A DNA stretch of 64,000 nt, from contig NC_067398.1 in the NCBI RefSeq assembly GCF_016432865.1, positions 352,656,001 through 352,720,000 of the forward strand. Direction: 5' to 3'. This document shows, in pieces, positions 48,655 to 62,889 of the stretch. This stretch comes from Antechinus flavipes. Lineage: Eukaryota. The first letter of the stretch is position 1. Every line of letters starts with the position of its first letter. The translations under genes and the position numbers were made by a program. The notes under the pieces are model-generated. The model did no database searches and was not told the origin of the DNA. It saw only the letters and a list, made by a program, of their open reading frames with translations.

Positions 48655-49605
48655 CCAATTAAGTGTTAAAACAATTTTTAACATTTTAAAAAAGTTTTGA
48701 ACTCCAAATTCTCTCTTTCGCTCCTGCTTTTCCTCCCCTCTCTCCTTGAGATGGTAAATCAAAAGACATATGTTATACATGTGCAATCATGTAAAATATT
48801 TCCATATTAGTCATTTTGAACAAGAAGACTCAGATAAAAGGAAAAAAAAGAATGAAAAAAAAGAAAATGAAAAATAGCATGCTTCCATCTATAGTCTAAC
48901 AATATCAATTCTTTCTCTGGAATCAGATAATATGCTTCATCATTACTCATTTGGGATAGTCTTGCATAATGGTATTGCTGATAATAGTTAAGTCATTCAT
49001 AGTTTTTCATAGAATAATATTGCCATTACTGTGTACAATGTTCTCCTAGTTCTGTTTACTTCACTTTCTATCAGTTCATGCATCAATCTTTCCAGGTTTC
49101 TTTGAAACCTACTACTAGTCATTTTTTTATAGCTCAATAATAGTCTATCACAATCATATCACAGTTTGTTTAGCCATTTTCCAATTTATGGGCATCTCTT
49201 TGATTTCCAATTCTTATCTATCATGAAAAAAGCTAGTATCAATATTTTTGTACAAAAAGGTCTTCTCCACAAACACTTTTGATGTCTTTGGGATAAAGAG
49301 CTAGCAATGATAATGCTCGATCAAATATCATGCACAGTTTATATAGCTCTTTGGGCATAGTTCCAAATTGCTCTCCAGAATGGTGGGATCAGTTCATAAC
49401 TCCACCAAAACTATAGTAGTGTCCCAGTTTTCCCACATTCCCTCCCACATCCATTTTTCTTTTTTTGTTCTTTTTAGACAGTCTGATAGATACGAGGCAG
49501 TATCTCAGAGTTGTTGTTGTTTTTTTTTTTTTAATATGTTTAGTCAGTAATGATTTAGAGCATTCTTCCATATGATTGTAGACAGCTTGGATTTCTTTGT
49601 TTGAA
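48655..49605 (-). mobile_element. L1 3' region (antisense)
   Basis: gttctgtttacttcactttctatcagttcatg...ccaaattgctctccagaatggtgggatcagttcataactcc...gaggcagtatctcagagttg. Confidence 0.9.
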
Positions 49606-49749
49606 AATTGCCCATAATATACTCAAGATTCATTTTTTTGTTTTGTTTTTACATAAGTGTGGCCTTTAGCTAGTCTGGCTTAAAAAAATCTTTGCACTCA
49701 ATTTCTTTCTTTTTCTTTTCCTTTTTAGAAGATAGAATTATTTTTCTAC

Positions 49750-50002
49750 CTTAGGTGATAGAGCAGGTAGAGTGCCAGGCTTCTGAGTTCAAATTCAAAG
49801 TTCATCTTCCTGAGTTCAAATCTGGATTCAGACACTAGCTGCATGACCCTGAGCAAGCCACTTAACCCCTATTTGCCTCAATTTCCTCATTTATAAAATC
49901 AATTGGAGAAGGAAATGACAAACCATTTCAGTTTGTGCCAAGAAAACCTCAAAAGGAGTCATGAAGAAGTGGAGACAACTGAAACAACTGAATAACAACA
50001 AA
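49750..50002 (+). mobile_element. MAR1-like SINE
   Basis: catcttcctgagttcaaatctgg...ttgcctcaatttcctc...ggagaaggaaatgacaaacc...caactgaaacaactgaataacaac. Confidence 0.85.
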
Positions 50003-51019
50003 TGCTTCGAGACAAGTACAGGTGTGTGAAATAAAACAATGATTAGAAAATCACTCATTCAAAAAAAAAATGGGACAACTGGTTTATAAAGCAGCCAGTG
50101 GAATATTAGGACACTCAAGTTTTGATCTATCCTTCAGTATAACTGATTTGATGTTTCTTTCCCATTAAATTGACAGGTAGCAATAGTACCTAGATCCAAA
50201 GGAGTTATTCAACATGAACAATCAAGCATTGCAATATACAAATTATAGGGTAAAGCAAAACTCATACATCCATTCTTTTAAAAGCTAGTTTTGAAGCAAT
50301 ACTCAACTGTAAGAAAAATTGTTTCATTTTTGTCTTAATCACTGTCTGAACATTTGCTTATATTTTTATTCATTTAAAACATATCCATGATTTTTTGTAG
50401 ATTTCTATGGATGCTCAGTCTCTTAAGTTTATTTCCTCTATAAATACCTGTATGTATTTTTTACTCATGACTACTTCTTTTAGTTGTAACTTTAGGTATA
50501 ATCAGTTGATTGATGTTCTTGAATTCTACTGTTCTTCAGAAATGTGGAGAACATATAGAAAAGTCTGAAAAGAAATGACAACTGGTTTTACTTTAACCTT
50601 TAAATGCATTCTTTTTTTATATGCTGCAGATAAAATGAATAAAGCTTTCCATCCTGAAAATGATTTTTATTTGGCCAATCAATTAATATATTTAAATGAA
50701 AAAAAACCAGATGTGATATAAAAACATGATTGATGTGACAGAGTGTAGAAGGGTGACTGAGATTTGTGCCCAAATGCTTCATAATTATATGAAATATGAT
50801 ATCTAAAAGGATATAATTTTTGGAAATAAAGCTGAAAAAGAATTTGTGAAGTTATTAATTGCTTCAGTTAATATTTTTAGTTTATTCTTTAGGTTCTCTA
50901 TATAGAGCATCATATCAAATGCAAAAAGTAATCAAATGGACATTTTACTTTGTTAAAAGCTTTTTCTACATCTAATAACATAATCATATTATTTTTGTGG
51001 ATTATTATTTAACATGGTT

Positions 51020-51560
51020 TATTTTTTATTTTATTTCTTATTTATTTGATATTTTCTTCTAGTTACATTCAAAACAAAACATTTATTTTTAAACTTTGAG
51101 TTCTAGATTCTCCTTTTTCCCTGTTCACAATTAAGAAACCACATGTGAAGTTATACAAAGCATTTTCATAAAAGTCAAGTTGCAAAAGAAAACAGATCTT
51201 CCACCCTAATGAAAATAAAAACCCTCAAAAAATTAAGCTACAAAAGAAATAGAGAGATAGAGAGAGAAAGATAGAATGCTTTGATTCATATTCAGACAGT
51301 TCCTTTTCTTTTATGGAGAGGTTTTTTTATCATAAGTCTTTCAGAGTAGTTGTGGATGGTTGTATTATTGAGTCATTTGCAGCTGGTCATCTCAGAATAT
51401 TGCTATTACTTTGTATACAGTACATTTCACTTTGCTTGAATTCATGGAGGACTTTTCAGGGTTTTTTTTTTTTCTTTTTCTTTTCCTGAGAACATCCTGT
51501 TCATCCTTTCCCATAGAACAATAATATTTCATCACAAATTAATACCACAGTTTATTGAGT
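51020..51560 (-). mobile_element. L1 3' terminus (antisense)
   Basis: ttttaaactttgagttctagattctcc...cattgctattactttgtatacagtacatttcactttgc...ataccacagtttattgagtcattc. Confidence 0.75.
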
Positions 51561-52032
51561 CATTCTAATAAGGTTTATTATGCTTAAAGTTTTCCTAACA
51601 TTGATTCTAGTCCTGGTTGTGCCACTAATTTACTAAATAACATTGAGTAAGTCACCTTGACTCTCTGTACCTGATTTATGTGCTGCAAAATAAGGACCCT
51701 AAATCTAAATTCATACAAGCAAAACCTAAATGTGAATACATGCACTGTAAGCAAGCTCTACTGGAAGATTCTGGGGGAAATCTGATACAAAATTCCTAAT
51801 TTTAATTCTTGGTATTGATCAGACCTGCTTTTTGTATACAAGTTTCCTCATATGTTATAGTCATTTTGCTAATATTTTATATAAATTTTCTGAATTTATA
51901 GTCATTGGAAATATTGAGCTTTAATTTTCTTTCTCTACTCTTTCCCTGATTGAGGCTGTAGGATCACATTTCTATTACTGAAGTAATTTTGTATGACACT
52001 TTCTTTTCCTGTAACTTAGAAAAATAGATCAT

Positions 52033-52160
52033 GGGGAAGCTAGGTTGCACAATGGATAGAGCATGAATCTGCTGGAGTAGGGAGGACCTGAATTCAAAAG
52101 TGACTTCAGATACTTGACACTTCCTGGCTGTATGGCCCTGGGCAAATCAACAAGCCTAGA
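52033..52160 (+). mobile_element. WSINE1-like SINE
   Basis: ggggaagctaggttgcacaatggatagagca...ggacctgaattcaaa...gacacttcctggctgtatggccctgggcaa. Confidence 0.8.
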
Positions 52161-53240
52161 CTAAAAAAATAGTTTAAGTAATATTGGACTAATTTATCTT
52201 CATTCAAGATTTCTTGAAATGTACTTTATTAAAGTCAAGACCTTTTTCGTCAATTTTTGATAAGAAAACACCTTGCCTTTTCACATATGTATGTATGTGT
52301 ATCTATATATAGGAAATGTATGTGTGTATATATGTATATATTATGTGTATTCAAATATGTATATATACATATATAAGTTTTCTTTATTGTATTCTAGCAT
52401 TTCTTTTTGTCCCATAAAACACATCTCTGTATGATTCTACATAGGGCATCTATTACTTGAGTAGGGTCTTATACCTCCTATACTAGGCTTTTTATTCTCC
52501 TTCCAATTCTTTCCCATACAGTTTTCATTTCCTTTTCTATTATTTTCTTCTGGGCCACTAACATATCTCTTTAAAACTCTTGTATCAGATTTCCCCCAAA
52601 ATCTTCCAGTAGAGATTGCTTACAGTGCATCTATTCACATTTAGGTTTTGCTTGTATGAATTTAGATTTAGGGTCCTTATTTTGCAGCACATAAATCAGG
52701 TACAGAGAGTCAAGATGACTTACTCAATGTTATTTAGTAAATTAATGGCACAACCAGGACTAGAAATTCAATGTCATGACATCTCCCTTCATTCCTCTTC
52801 CTCCTCCCATTCCCCCTGCCTCCAGTGAACGTTTTGCTACTGCTGCTAAGCAAACCAAGTAGATGAGGAAAGCTGGTCAAGAAGCAAAGGCATGATGATT
52901 TTCTTCTAAGATTCGAATAGTCATTTCAAAGAGAAAAGCAGCCTAATAATGCATCTTAAGTTCTACCAAGTTGCTTCAGTGAGGCTGAGTTGTGTAATAA
53001 GTCTAGCTTTATAATAACAGGATTTAGAGCTGAAAAATATCTTACACATTATCTCCTTTTCTAGATGAACAGAGGTCCACAGGGATTGAATAAAATGCTC
53101 AGAGTTAACACAAGTATTATACACCTGAATAATCTCATTCATGTTCACTATTCAGTAACGCTAGTTTCAGAACAGGTATATGTGAAACTAATATGGAATC
53201 ATTCACATCCACTCCTGTTTCTCATTTTTCTCATCTTTCT

Positions 53241-53390
53241 TTTTTAAAATTTTTATTCTTTTGCTGAGGCAATTTGGGTTAAATGACTTACTCAGGGCCA
53301 CACAGCCCGCAAGTATTAAGTGTCTGAAGCTAGATCTGAACTCATGGTCTCCTGATTTCAGCTCTATCCATTGTACCAACTAGCTCCTCC
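53241..53390 (-). mobile_element. WSINE1-like SINE with a perfect 15-bp TSD
   Basis: ttttctcatctttct occurs at both 53226-53240 and 53391-53405. Antisense body gctgaggcaatttgggttaaatgacttactcagggccacacag. Confidence 0.9.
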
Positions 53391-53479
53391 TTTTCTCATC
53401 TTTCTACATCTTTGTGGAACCTTGTCATTTCTAGCCCTGACTTTTACTCAAACTGCCTGACACACTGAATGCTCTTAGA

Positions 53480-53740
53480 TATAGCCAGATAATGAATTGA
53501 ACTGAAATACTACCTCCTATAAGAGATTTTTCCAGTTTTCTTCCCCCATCTCCAGGTTTTTGTGTTCTTCTGGCCTCTTCAATATTATTTTGTATTTAGT
53601 TTGCATATATTTCCCATTTACTTATTTTATGTATATTATTTGCACCTGTAGAGATCCTTAAGAACAGAGAATACTTTGTTTTCATTTTTTATAGCCCTAA
53701 TGACTCCCCCATAATAGGAACTTGACAAATGCTTGTTATT
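53480..53740 (+). mobile_element. L2 3' region
   Basis: aatactacctcctataagagatttttcc...gtagagatccttaagaacagag...ataggaacttgacaaatgcttg. Confidence 0.65.
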
Positions 53741-53919
53741 TCTATCTATAATGTTTATGTATCCAGGACATTTTTCTATTACTAGTCATTCATTTATTCT
53801 CTATGAGGTGATAAGAATTCCACAGAATAACAAAGTAACAATCTTAGGTTTGCCTTTTCAATCACTAGCTGAGGAGTCATGTGGGAAGCAGTCTGTTGTA
53901 ATGGGAAGAATGGAAATGT

Positions 53920-54260
53920 TGTAAATGGAGGCCCAAGGTTTGGATTTGGAGGCCACACTTTGTCATTTACTAGTTTTGTGATCTTTGGCCAAGTTATTTA
54001 CATCTTGAGTAAGTCTTCATCTATAGAATAACAGAAGATTGTTATTCTTTATTTCTTTTAAAAAAGTTTAGTTTTGTCCAATATTAGTATCAATGAAAAT
54101 CCAATATTAGAAATATTTACAACAATAATTAAAATAAGAATCTGTAAAATAGATGTAATAGTTATATTATTTACCTCACAAGGCAGTTGTGAGAATCAAA
54201 TGAAATAATTTGTATTTAAAAGATTTTTAAAAAACATAAAGCACTAAATAAATGTAACCT
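53920..54260 (+). mobile_element. MIR-family SINE with an internal insertion
   Basis: actagttttgtgatctttggccaagtt...ttacctcacaaggcagttgtgagaatcaaatgaaataa. Confidence 0.65.
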
Positions 54261-54398
54261 ATTTAAATATCTCACTGAGGTTTGGGCCTCCCAATTACCT
54301 TTTTATGGTGCTATAGGATTCACTTGGAAAGACTATCCAGCTTATATGATTGTTATTCATTTCACATTAAATTATTCATTAATAAATTATTTGCTTAC

Positions 54399-54528
54399 AT
54401 AGATCAAAATACAAACTTGTCACATTTGTAGCGGCATAAACTCCAAATATTCCAGACCAGACATATCAGCAACCCAAAGGAACTGATGCATCCAGAAGCA
54501 ATTGTTCTCAAAAGGACAGAGCCAAAGC
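54399..54528 (-). other. Weak candidate non-coding exon
   Basis: Acceptor TTTTGTCTAATGATTCAG| and donor TAT|GTAAGC, 130 nt, no ORF spanning it. Confidence 0.22.
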
Positions 54529-55184
54529 CTGAATCATTAGACAAAATTAGACAAAAGGAATGTACAACTTTGTGTGTTATGGATGCTTTCTCTCTTTTCC
54601 CTTTCCATTTTTTTGCCATCCTTCCTTTTGCTACCCTGAGAGATGGGAGTTTTCTGTATTTAGAGAGATGAGTGCCCTAGCCACCCTTTACTCCATCATG
54701 ATGGGACTGAGAGATACCAAACTCCCAATTATATCCACTGCTCATATAAAGACTCTCTATTTGTGTGTATATTTATTTGTATGCGTGTAAACCACTTTTA
54801 ATTGAGCCCAAACGTGTGGGAAGCACCTGAGGTGGAACCCAAAACTAAAACTGCTAAGTATCAATGCAATGTGGCATTCAATTCACATTATTTCTCCAAG
54901 TTTATATTGGTGGGATTTATATTGCTTTTCCCTACAATTGCCTAAAGGAGCAAGAGCCACAAATTTATCACTTTTAATCTCATCTCCATAGTGCTAATTC
55001 AAATTTTGATCGACACTATCTCCCTCAACTTCCTCTTCGCTTTAAATGGAGGGTTGAGGAAGAAGTACCCCAAACCTTCCAAAGCCTTCATTTATAGGGG
55101 GTAGAAACTGAACTCCTTTCACTATACGTTTTGAGTATAGCTCTGCCTGGTTTCAATTCGTGGAACAAGATGTCCCAACATCAA

Positions 55185-55360
55185 GTACTTCCTGTTTTCC
55201 CTAACTCTATTCCTTGTTTTCTTGCTTCCTTTTGTATATTGTCCCCCATTCAGATTATAAACTTCTTGAGAGCATAGACTGTCTTTATTTTTTAATAATT
55301 TTAGTCCCAGGGTTTAGCACAATGTAGGTGCTTAATAAATGTTTATTGGATTAGATTAAA
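55185..55360 (+). mobile_element. L2 3' end
   Basis: gattataaacttcttgagagcatagactgtc...ttagcacaatgtaggtgcttaataaatgtttattg. Confidence 0.75.
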
Positions 55361-57619
55361 CACATAGGATGATGTCCAAGTCAAATTCCCATTACCTTCT
55401 CTCTCAACCATCCTCATTTCCCTAAAAGTTTATGTCTGGAATATAGTAGAGAAATTGGATTAAGCAAAAAAGGGTCCTCTAGGCAATCAAAAGAGATAAG
55501 AAAAATTCCATAAACTAAAGCTCAGTTACTTTATTAATAGTGAACTCCTCAGGTCTTCATTCACTATCAGTTTTCTGTATTAGAAAATTTTAATTCCAAC
55601 AAGCTGGATTATCTGGTTTTCCAGGTAAAAGTGGATTAGAAACAGATTTGAAAGGAAAAGAGAAGTTAAAATAGGCTGTTATATTGACTGCTAGAAAGAA
55701 GGGAGGGGAGAAGATACCCTCTTCTTTCAAAAAGCTCTGATTTCATCACAGTGGGGAGCTCCTTCACTAATTCAAATTGTAGTCCCTTTCTTATAATTTA
55801 GTAGATGACTTTTAAATGTTGCTATAGCCATAAAATTTATTACCTTCTGATCAATTTGGTGATGAACCTCTCTAAAATCACTTAGGTTGGTCCTCCATTA
55901 ACAGAAATAAAGTTCACACATGGACACATACATATATATTGGTTTCTCAAATTGATGGAACCCATGGAAACATGTATCCTCCCGTTATAGACTTTGGATG
56001 AATTGGGTAGTACATGAATGACTGAAAAACCATTAAAAAAAACTTTAAAAGCTTATATATCTGAGACAATTTAGTGAAGAGGAGAAGGCTTCAAAGGTAC
56101 TGAAGGTATTTATTATAGGATAAATAATACAATAAGGACTAAGTAAAGTATAAAGTATTATTTTCTGGTCAATCCCACTGAATTAACAGAGTTGATGGAC
56201 TTTAGATGAAAAATTGTTATATATATTTTTCAGAGTTGGCCAATGTGGGAATTGATTTTGCTTGCATAGTTTTTCCTTTTTCTTTTTTTTTTTTTTTTCT
56301 ATTTCAAAGGCGAGAGGGAGAAGGAAAGGGAGACGAAGAAAGAAAGGAAAAGAGGAAGAGTAAAAGGAAAAGGATAACTAAAGCATTTTTAAATATGAAA
56401 AAGAGGAAGAAGACAAGCAGTACAGTTTGAAAGTAACATGTTAAATGTTCTCTCTCATCTTCCCTCCTTTTCTCTTTCTTTGTATCTCTGTCTATCTCTG
56501 TTTCAGTCTTTGTTTCTGTCTCTCTGTATAATTTTGTAATGGTACATAAAAATCCTAATTTATTTGTTTCAGAATAAAAAGTAAATTCAATAAAAACATT
56601 TCTGTTCAGTGCATTGTCTAAGAAGTCAAAGAAGTATGTAACTCATTTTAGGAAGAGCTCTATAAAAATGACTGAAATAAAAATCTTGGTACTTTGAAGA
56701 GTGAGTTACAGCCTGGAAAATTCATTTGTACAGAATGTCTGCTTGCTAACAGTTCTGAATACATAAAAAAATTACTAGTGTAGGTTGACCACACTATATA
56801 TGTCTTGATAAATGTCTTGAATTGCAGAAGCTCAATACAAAGCATAAGCTAACATATTTGTCTTTCAAGTATTCAGTCACGAAGTAAAGTCATCTAGGAT
56901 ACACTTAGGTCACATCATGGTTCAACATAGCCTTGAATCTTTTTTCTAGCATCTACTGGCACAACAGAAATAGGAAGTTAAGCTTTAACCAATTTGTTTT
57001 GTGGAGATAATTTACACCAAATGTTTACCTCTTTTGAAAATATAAGCATTACAACTGAGAAGAGAGTAACCTTTTTTTTCTCCCTAACATTAATTTAGCC
57101 ATCCCTTTTCTGTTAACATTCTATTTATGTTAAGTGTTACTTTTTTCACCCCTTTCCATCTCTGAATTTTCCCCTCTTCCATAGGTGGTAATGAAGTGAG
57201 ACCTGTATGAAGTATATTATTCACTTCTAGTCACAGTGTAATTAACCTGATTAACTTGAGTCACTGTTTGTCCTCCAGAAGTTGACCTCCAAAGGATTTT
57301 TACTCCAACATGATTTGAAATAATTACTTCATTGTCAGTCAATTTTATTCAAGCAAGTGAATTATCCCCATCCCCAGTGAATTATCTGTATCTTAGATTC
57401 TTTCTTTATTTCTTTTTAGGTTTAATGCTTCTTATCTAAGGGATACAAGATACTAATAGAAAGTAAACTCCTTGCAGGCAGGGATGGTTTTCATTTTTGT
57501 GTTGTATTTCTAATGTATAACATAGTGCTTTGCATGTACTTGGTAGTAAATAATTGCTTGATTAATTGAAGAATTAATCAAATTAGTCTGAAATGCTGAG
57601 TCATGACTAGTGGAAATTT

Positions 57620-58640
57620 TTTCTCTGTGCTGTTCTCAAATTTTTATTGATAGCTTTGCTTTTATTTCCAAATATATCTCTTCTTCCTTGCCCCTCTCCA
57701 GTCCCTCAAGAAGATATTCTCTCTAACAAAAGTATGAGAAAAAAAGGAAAGAAGTTCAGCAAAACTAATCAACACATTGGGACTGCTAAGTGCATAGAGT
57801 TCATATTTGACCTCAGATACTTGGGCACATCATTTTACCTTATTTACCTCAGTTTTTTCATCTGTAAAATGAACTGGAGAAGGAAAAGGCAAATCATTCC
57901 AGTACCTTTGCCAAGAAAACTCCAAATAGGGTCACGAAGAGTTGAACATGACTTAAATAATTGAACAACAGTAAAAATCAATTCATCAAAGAGGAGTGAT
58001 GATATATGGAATATTCCACATCCATAATTCCTTATCTGTATAAATAATGGAGGGAGGTATATTTTCTCATTCCTTTCCTCTCTGCCAAGCTTCTTAATTA
58101 TTGCAATTACACAGAGTCCAATTTCAGGTTTCTTTTTTCCGTTTTTAAATTTATATCTTGGTCATGATTCATATTGTTTTCTTGGTTTTGCTTACTACAT
58201 TCTGCATCATTTCATGTATTTTGAATTTTTCACATCCATCATTTCTTAAAGTGTGGTAATATTCCATTATATTCATGGATAACAATTTATTTAGCCATTT
58301 AGCCAATGGAAACCTGCTATTCTTTGCTACTTCAAAAAGTATTATATTTTATTATATAAGAGACCTTATTCTTTATCCTCAAATTTTCAGAGAGTATATA
58401 CCTAACAATAAGATCTCTGGATGGAAGGTATAGATAATTACTTTCTTAGCATAATCCCAAACTGCTCTCTCAAAGAGGTGAAACAATATATAGATCCACA
58501 CTACACTATATTAGTGTGTATACTTTCTATAACTTTTCTAATGTTGATTATTTCCATTTTTTATATTTGGTAATTTGCTGAGAATGAAGTAAAACTTCCA
58601 AAATGTTTTGAATTGCTTCTCTTTTATTCCTAATTATTTG
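57620..58640 (-). mobile_element. Old L1 3' region (antisense), interrupted by a MAR1-like SINE at about 57780-57970
   Basis: gtggtaatattccattatattcatggataacaatttatttagcc...; SINE tail gaactggagaaggaaaaggcaaatc...gggtcacgaagagttgaacatgac. Confidence 0.75.
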
Positions 58641-59312
58641 GGAGAATCATTCTTGTTATGGTTTTCTATCTTTGCAGTAAAATATACAGAACATATTTTC
58701 AACAAATTACAAATGGAATTTGAGAAAAAAGAATTTGTTGTAAGCTTATTCTAAAACAACCAACAACGATAGAATTAATGAGGAAACACACTTTACTCTT
58801 CTTTAGACAGCTAAAGACTTTGGAACTGGAATATGATATACAAGGTAAGATGTAATAATTCTGTCAATTGATCTAGAATAAGTGCTTTAAAAAAAATTAG
58901 GGATGTAGATGGCCATAGGAGTCCCATCCTTTGACTATAGACAATGTTTTGTCTGTTGAAATTTTCACATGTAGACTGGAGATATCTGTTTCTAGGCATA
59001 TATAATAGAAAGGCCCTGCTCCCTGACTCATTGCATGAGCTGATATTCTGTGACTATTTCCTGCCTGCTTACTGTGTTATGAATAGAGGCCTTTTGGTGA
59101 GCTACTTAACTTGAAGTATGTATATAAAGAGAGAGCACTAACTGACCAAATAAGTCTTTTTTTTCCTGGTAGTGATTAAAGCAAAAGCTGTTCAGGTTTC
59201 AGTGTATGAAGAAAAGGAACATCAGCATCAGGGCAACTGGATCCATGTGTGGCTGTGAACACACAATACTTATGTTTTCAGGCTATTTTTATTTATTATT
59301 TACTTTTCTCAG

Positions 59313-59394
59313 GTGAAGGAACTTTGAAGGTTGTCATGACCTTATGAGCTATGAAAAAAGAAAATGCATGCTCTGAAGTTTGCTACGGTACCAA
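59313..59394 (+). other. Weak candidate non-coding exon
   Basis: Acceptor ttattatttacttttctcag| and donor CAA|GTATGT, 82 nt, within a non-repetitive block. Confidence 0.28.
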
Positions 59395-60009
59395 GTATGT
59401 CACAGTCAAGCCCAGTAAGGCATCAGTACAAATCCTAGCAGCAGCTAAGATATGGTATCCTATAGAAATGAAATAACTTATCCAATAATTATGTCACATT
59501 CAAATGTAAAGAAGTAAACTTGACAGGATAAAACTCTTCTACTTGAAATTTGAACCCATTCTTTACAGTAATTGATGCATAAGGTATAAGGAAGAATATA
59601 CCTGAGTTTGTGGAGACATTTTGTACTTTAAGTCTTGTTATGTGATTTCAATAAATATCTTTTTGTAAATTGATTAAATGATATTGGGGTGCTAATCATT
59701 GGGTTAATTAATGATAATGAAATTGGTGATAATTAGGGAGAACACAGCAGAACAGGAGTTAAAGGCAATAGCATTAGCGAAAACCCCATAAGCTTCCAGG
59801 GATACCTCTAGTGCTCTGGGGAAGATGTAGCCAATTGCTTCTGTGAAAGCAATACATGTCAACACAAATAGGAATTAGCATATGAATCCTGGCATTCTAT
59901 AAAGGTTATACAAGGGATAGTTCATCTGCCAAACCATTGATCCTGCAAAATTTTCTAGTTCCAGGAAGATTTTATTTCAATGAGTTTCTGAAAGAAAATT
60001 AATAAGTGT

Positions 60010-60228
60010 AACAACTAGCATTTATGCACTCCTTTAAGAGTTGCAAAGTGTTTTACAGATGTTAACTCATTTGATCTTCACAGCAACCAGGAAGATGGGT
60101 GCTAGGCCCATTTTATAGATAAGGACACTGAAGCAGACAGATCAAATGACTTGTCCCAGAGACACAGCTAATATCTGAGGCAATATTTGGACATAGTGGT
60201 ATATATCAACTGTACTACCTAGCTGCTT
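60010..60228 (-). mobile_element. MIR-family SINE
   Basis: ttgcaaagtgttttacagatgttaactcatttgatcttcacagc...cccattttatagataaggacactgaagc. Confidence 0.75.
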
Positions 60229-60250
60229 ATTAAGCTTGAGCACACATACG

Positions 60251-60565
60251 TGTAAGGCTATAACTTTTCTAACTACCAACAAGTTACTATAAAATCATTG
60301 CTAATGCTTAACCTCAGAACTGTGAATCTCCTTGATTATTAAATACTTAAGTCTCTTGTTCTTTGGGCTAGGGCTAAATTCCCAAGTGGTACCCATTCTG
60401 ACCTAAACCTGACAGATGGTGAGTTGTTCTTAATTCCCTACATTCTTGATTATCTTAGATGGGGAGAGGTAAAATTCAAGATTAGGAGACAGTAATCAGA
60501 AGCATACCAGGAGACTCATAAACTGTCCTTCCCTCACTCAGATCCTCCAGGAGGAGTCTATTACA
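60251..60565. mobile_element. Possible solo LTR
   Basis: Begins TGTAA and ends TTACA, 315 bp. Flanks atacg / atgca could be a decayed 5-bp TSD. Confidence 0.35.
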
Positions 60566-62084
60566 ATGCAGGATTGAAAAACCAAATCTAATTTACATGA
60601 ATTTCATTTCTTTATCATGACACTATGGAGAGAAGACCAGTGTCCTCTGACATTAGATGATCTCTGAAGTGTCTTTTAGCTCTCAACCTATAATTCTATG
60701 GGCTTGAATTGGGAGCAGGAAGTGTAAATTATTTCCATAAACTTCCTTTTTAGATTTAGAAGCTCTTGGAAGGAAGGCTATTCTTTTGATTCTCCCACAT
60801 CCTAACACTGTTCTGGGTCTGGAGGTAAGGATTCAATGCAAACTTGTTGAATAGAATTGAATTGCCTGTCCAGTCATGAATCTTTGCCAATCTACTTAAG
60901 GTAGGGGGAGGATAATATAACCTTGTGAAAGAATATTAAATATTTACTCTAGGTTTAAGTTGGAGCTCTCTGACTTTTTTTTTCAGAACCTCTGCTTTTA
61001 GCAAAACAAACACAGAAGAAAGGGAATATACACAATAAAATGAATCAAAATTGAAGATACTACAAATTTTGATGAAAGAGTAGCTTTTCAAATTGCTTTG
61101 GAAAGCTCCCAGGCCAAGTCTCAAAGGCTTGAATTTTCTTATTTGAAAATAAGTCTGAGTTAATGTTTTTAAAACTTTCATATGAACTGATCAGTAGAAG
61201 GAAGGATTTAGTAGTTTATTTTACCAGTGAAAGTCTCAGCATGTGACAGAGCAAGATGATCCCCAATTTAAATTCACAATGGAGATCTGAATGTTTGTTC
61301 ATGGGGTGCTTTTGAATTTGGTTTAGACTACTGTGAAATATAGTTTTATATTTCATTCCTTCTTCCTGCAGATAGCTTAAAGGACATTGTTGATAGCTTA
61401 TTTTATGTAAGATCAGTATTAAGAAAGAAATAGAAAGGAAAGGATTATTTTTTATTAAGAAAAGGAATAGAAAGGAAAGGAAAAGATTATTTTTATAGAA
61501 CGTTGCACAGAGATCATGATGTTCCTCAATGCTAAAACAATATATGATCTATAACTGAGGAAGATTTGTCTTTGAGAGCAAGCATTCAACACTGCCAGAG
61601 GCCCCACAGGAAATGCTTATGTGACAATGGGAAAAGGGTGTCTTAATGGAAGGCTTCACCACTGCTGTAATAGTAGCACTGTGGGTGACAGAGCTATATA
61701 TTCACTCGTCTGTTGTATTAAATGCTTTGCCATGAGAAGAAAACAGTGTGACATGCTGGATTCTACATCAAAAAGACCTAAGTTTTCATTTCCTACCTAT
61801 GACACATACTTGCTGTGCAATCCTGAGTGAGTCACTTCTTAACCTCTTACTACCCAGAGCTAACTTTCTAAGACCTTAAGTTTCAGAGAAATTACCATTC
61901 TGTCTTGGAAATGGTTCTCTTCCTGACTAAAACAACTCTAGACCTCTAGTAGACTCATAGTCCTATAGGCTATTTATTCCTTAGCTGCTTGCCACCCCTT
62001 TCTTTCTGATCTAGCCCTCTTTTTTTCCTGGAATCCACTGCATATAGGATCTTCTTTTCCAGCTAGTTTCCAAGCTGATGTGCA

Positions 62085-62310
62085 CCTCTCTACCGCTGAT
62101 TGGCACAGTGAATAGAATACAGGAGGACTTCCTGTGTTCAAATCTGGTGTCAGATATTTGCTAGCTGTGTGATTGGACAAGTCACTTAACACTGCTAGTC
62201 TCAGTTTACTCATCTGTAAAATGAGCTGGAGAAGGAAATGGCAAATCACTCCAGTATCTTTGTCAATAAAATCTCAAATGGTGTCACAATTGAAAAACAA
62301 GTGAACAGTA
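62085..62310 (+). mobile_element. MAR1-like SINE
   Basis: gttcaaatctggtgtcagatatttgctagctgtgtg...catctgtaaaatgagctggagaaggaaatggcaaatcactccagtatctttg. Confidence 0.85.
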
Positions 62311-62889
62311 ACCACAATCAGTTACTTCAGGGAAGTGGGAGACCAATCAGAAACTCTTCCTTTTGCAACAAAAAATACAAATTGCTCTGATCCCAAGTTG
62401 CCAGAGCTTCCTTGAGGCAAGGACCAAAAATGCTCATGAGAGGGTGAGCCAAGTACCAAATTGGAGGAACAGCATTTCTCTAGACCCAGTGGTCTCCAAA
62501 GTGGGGGCAACCAAAGCATGATATCAAGTGGTGTTTGTTTGAACCAAGTATGGGAAGATGGGTCATGTTCAGGAGTATGTTGCTAAATGTTTGATAGCTG
62601 TGATAGGTTTGTGCGGGTTGTGTGTGTATAATGTACTTTTAAAGTCTTGTCTGAATTTTAACATTTTCTTAAGTATAGACTATCAACAAAACAAATTGGG
62701 CCCTATGGTAGCAATGAATAATTTCTTGTTGTGGGGTTGTTCTCCAATACAATTATAACTCTATAACTCCCTTCCACTACTTCATGACACCTTAATTTTC
62801 TTCCTCCTATACCAAACCTTAATTTCTCAGGGCTGTTATAACTTATATCCTGGGATCCCACATTAGTAGCTATAGAAGGACACTGGGAA

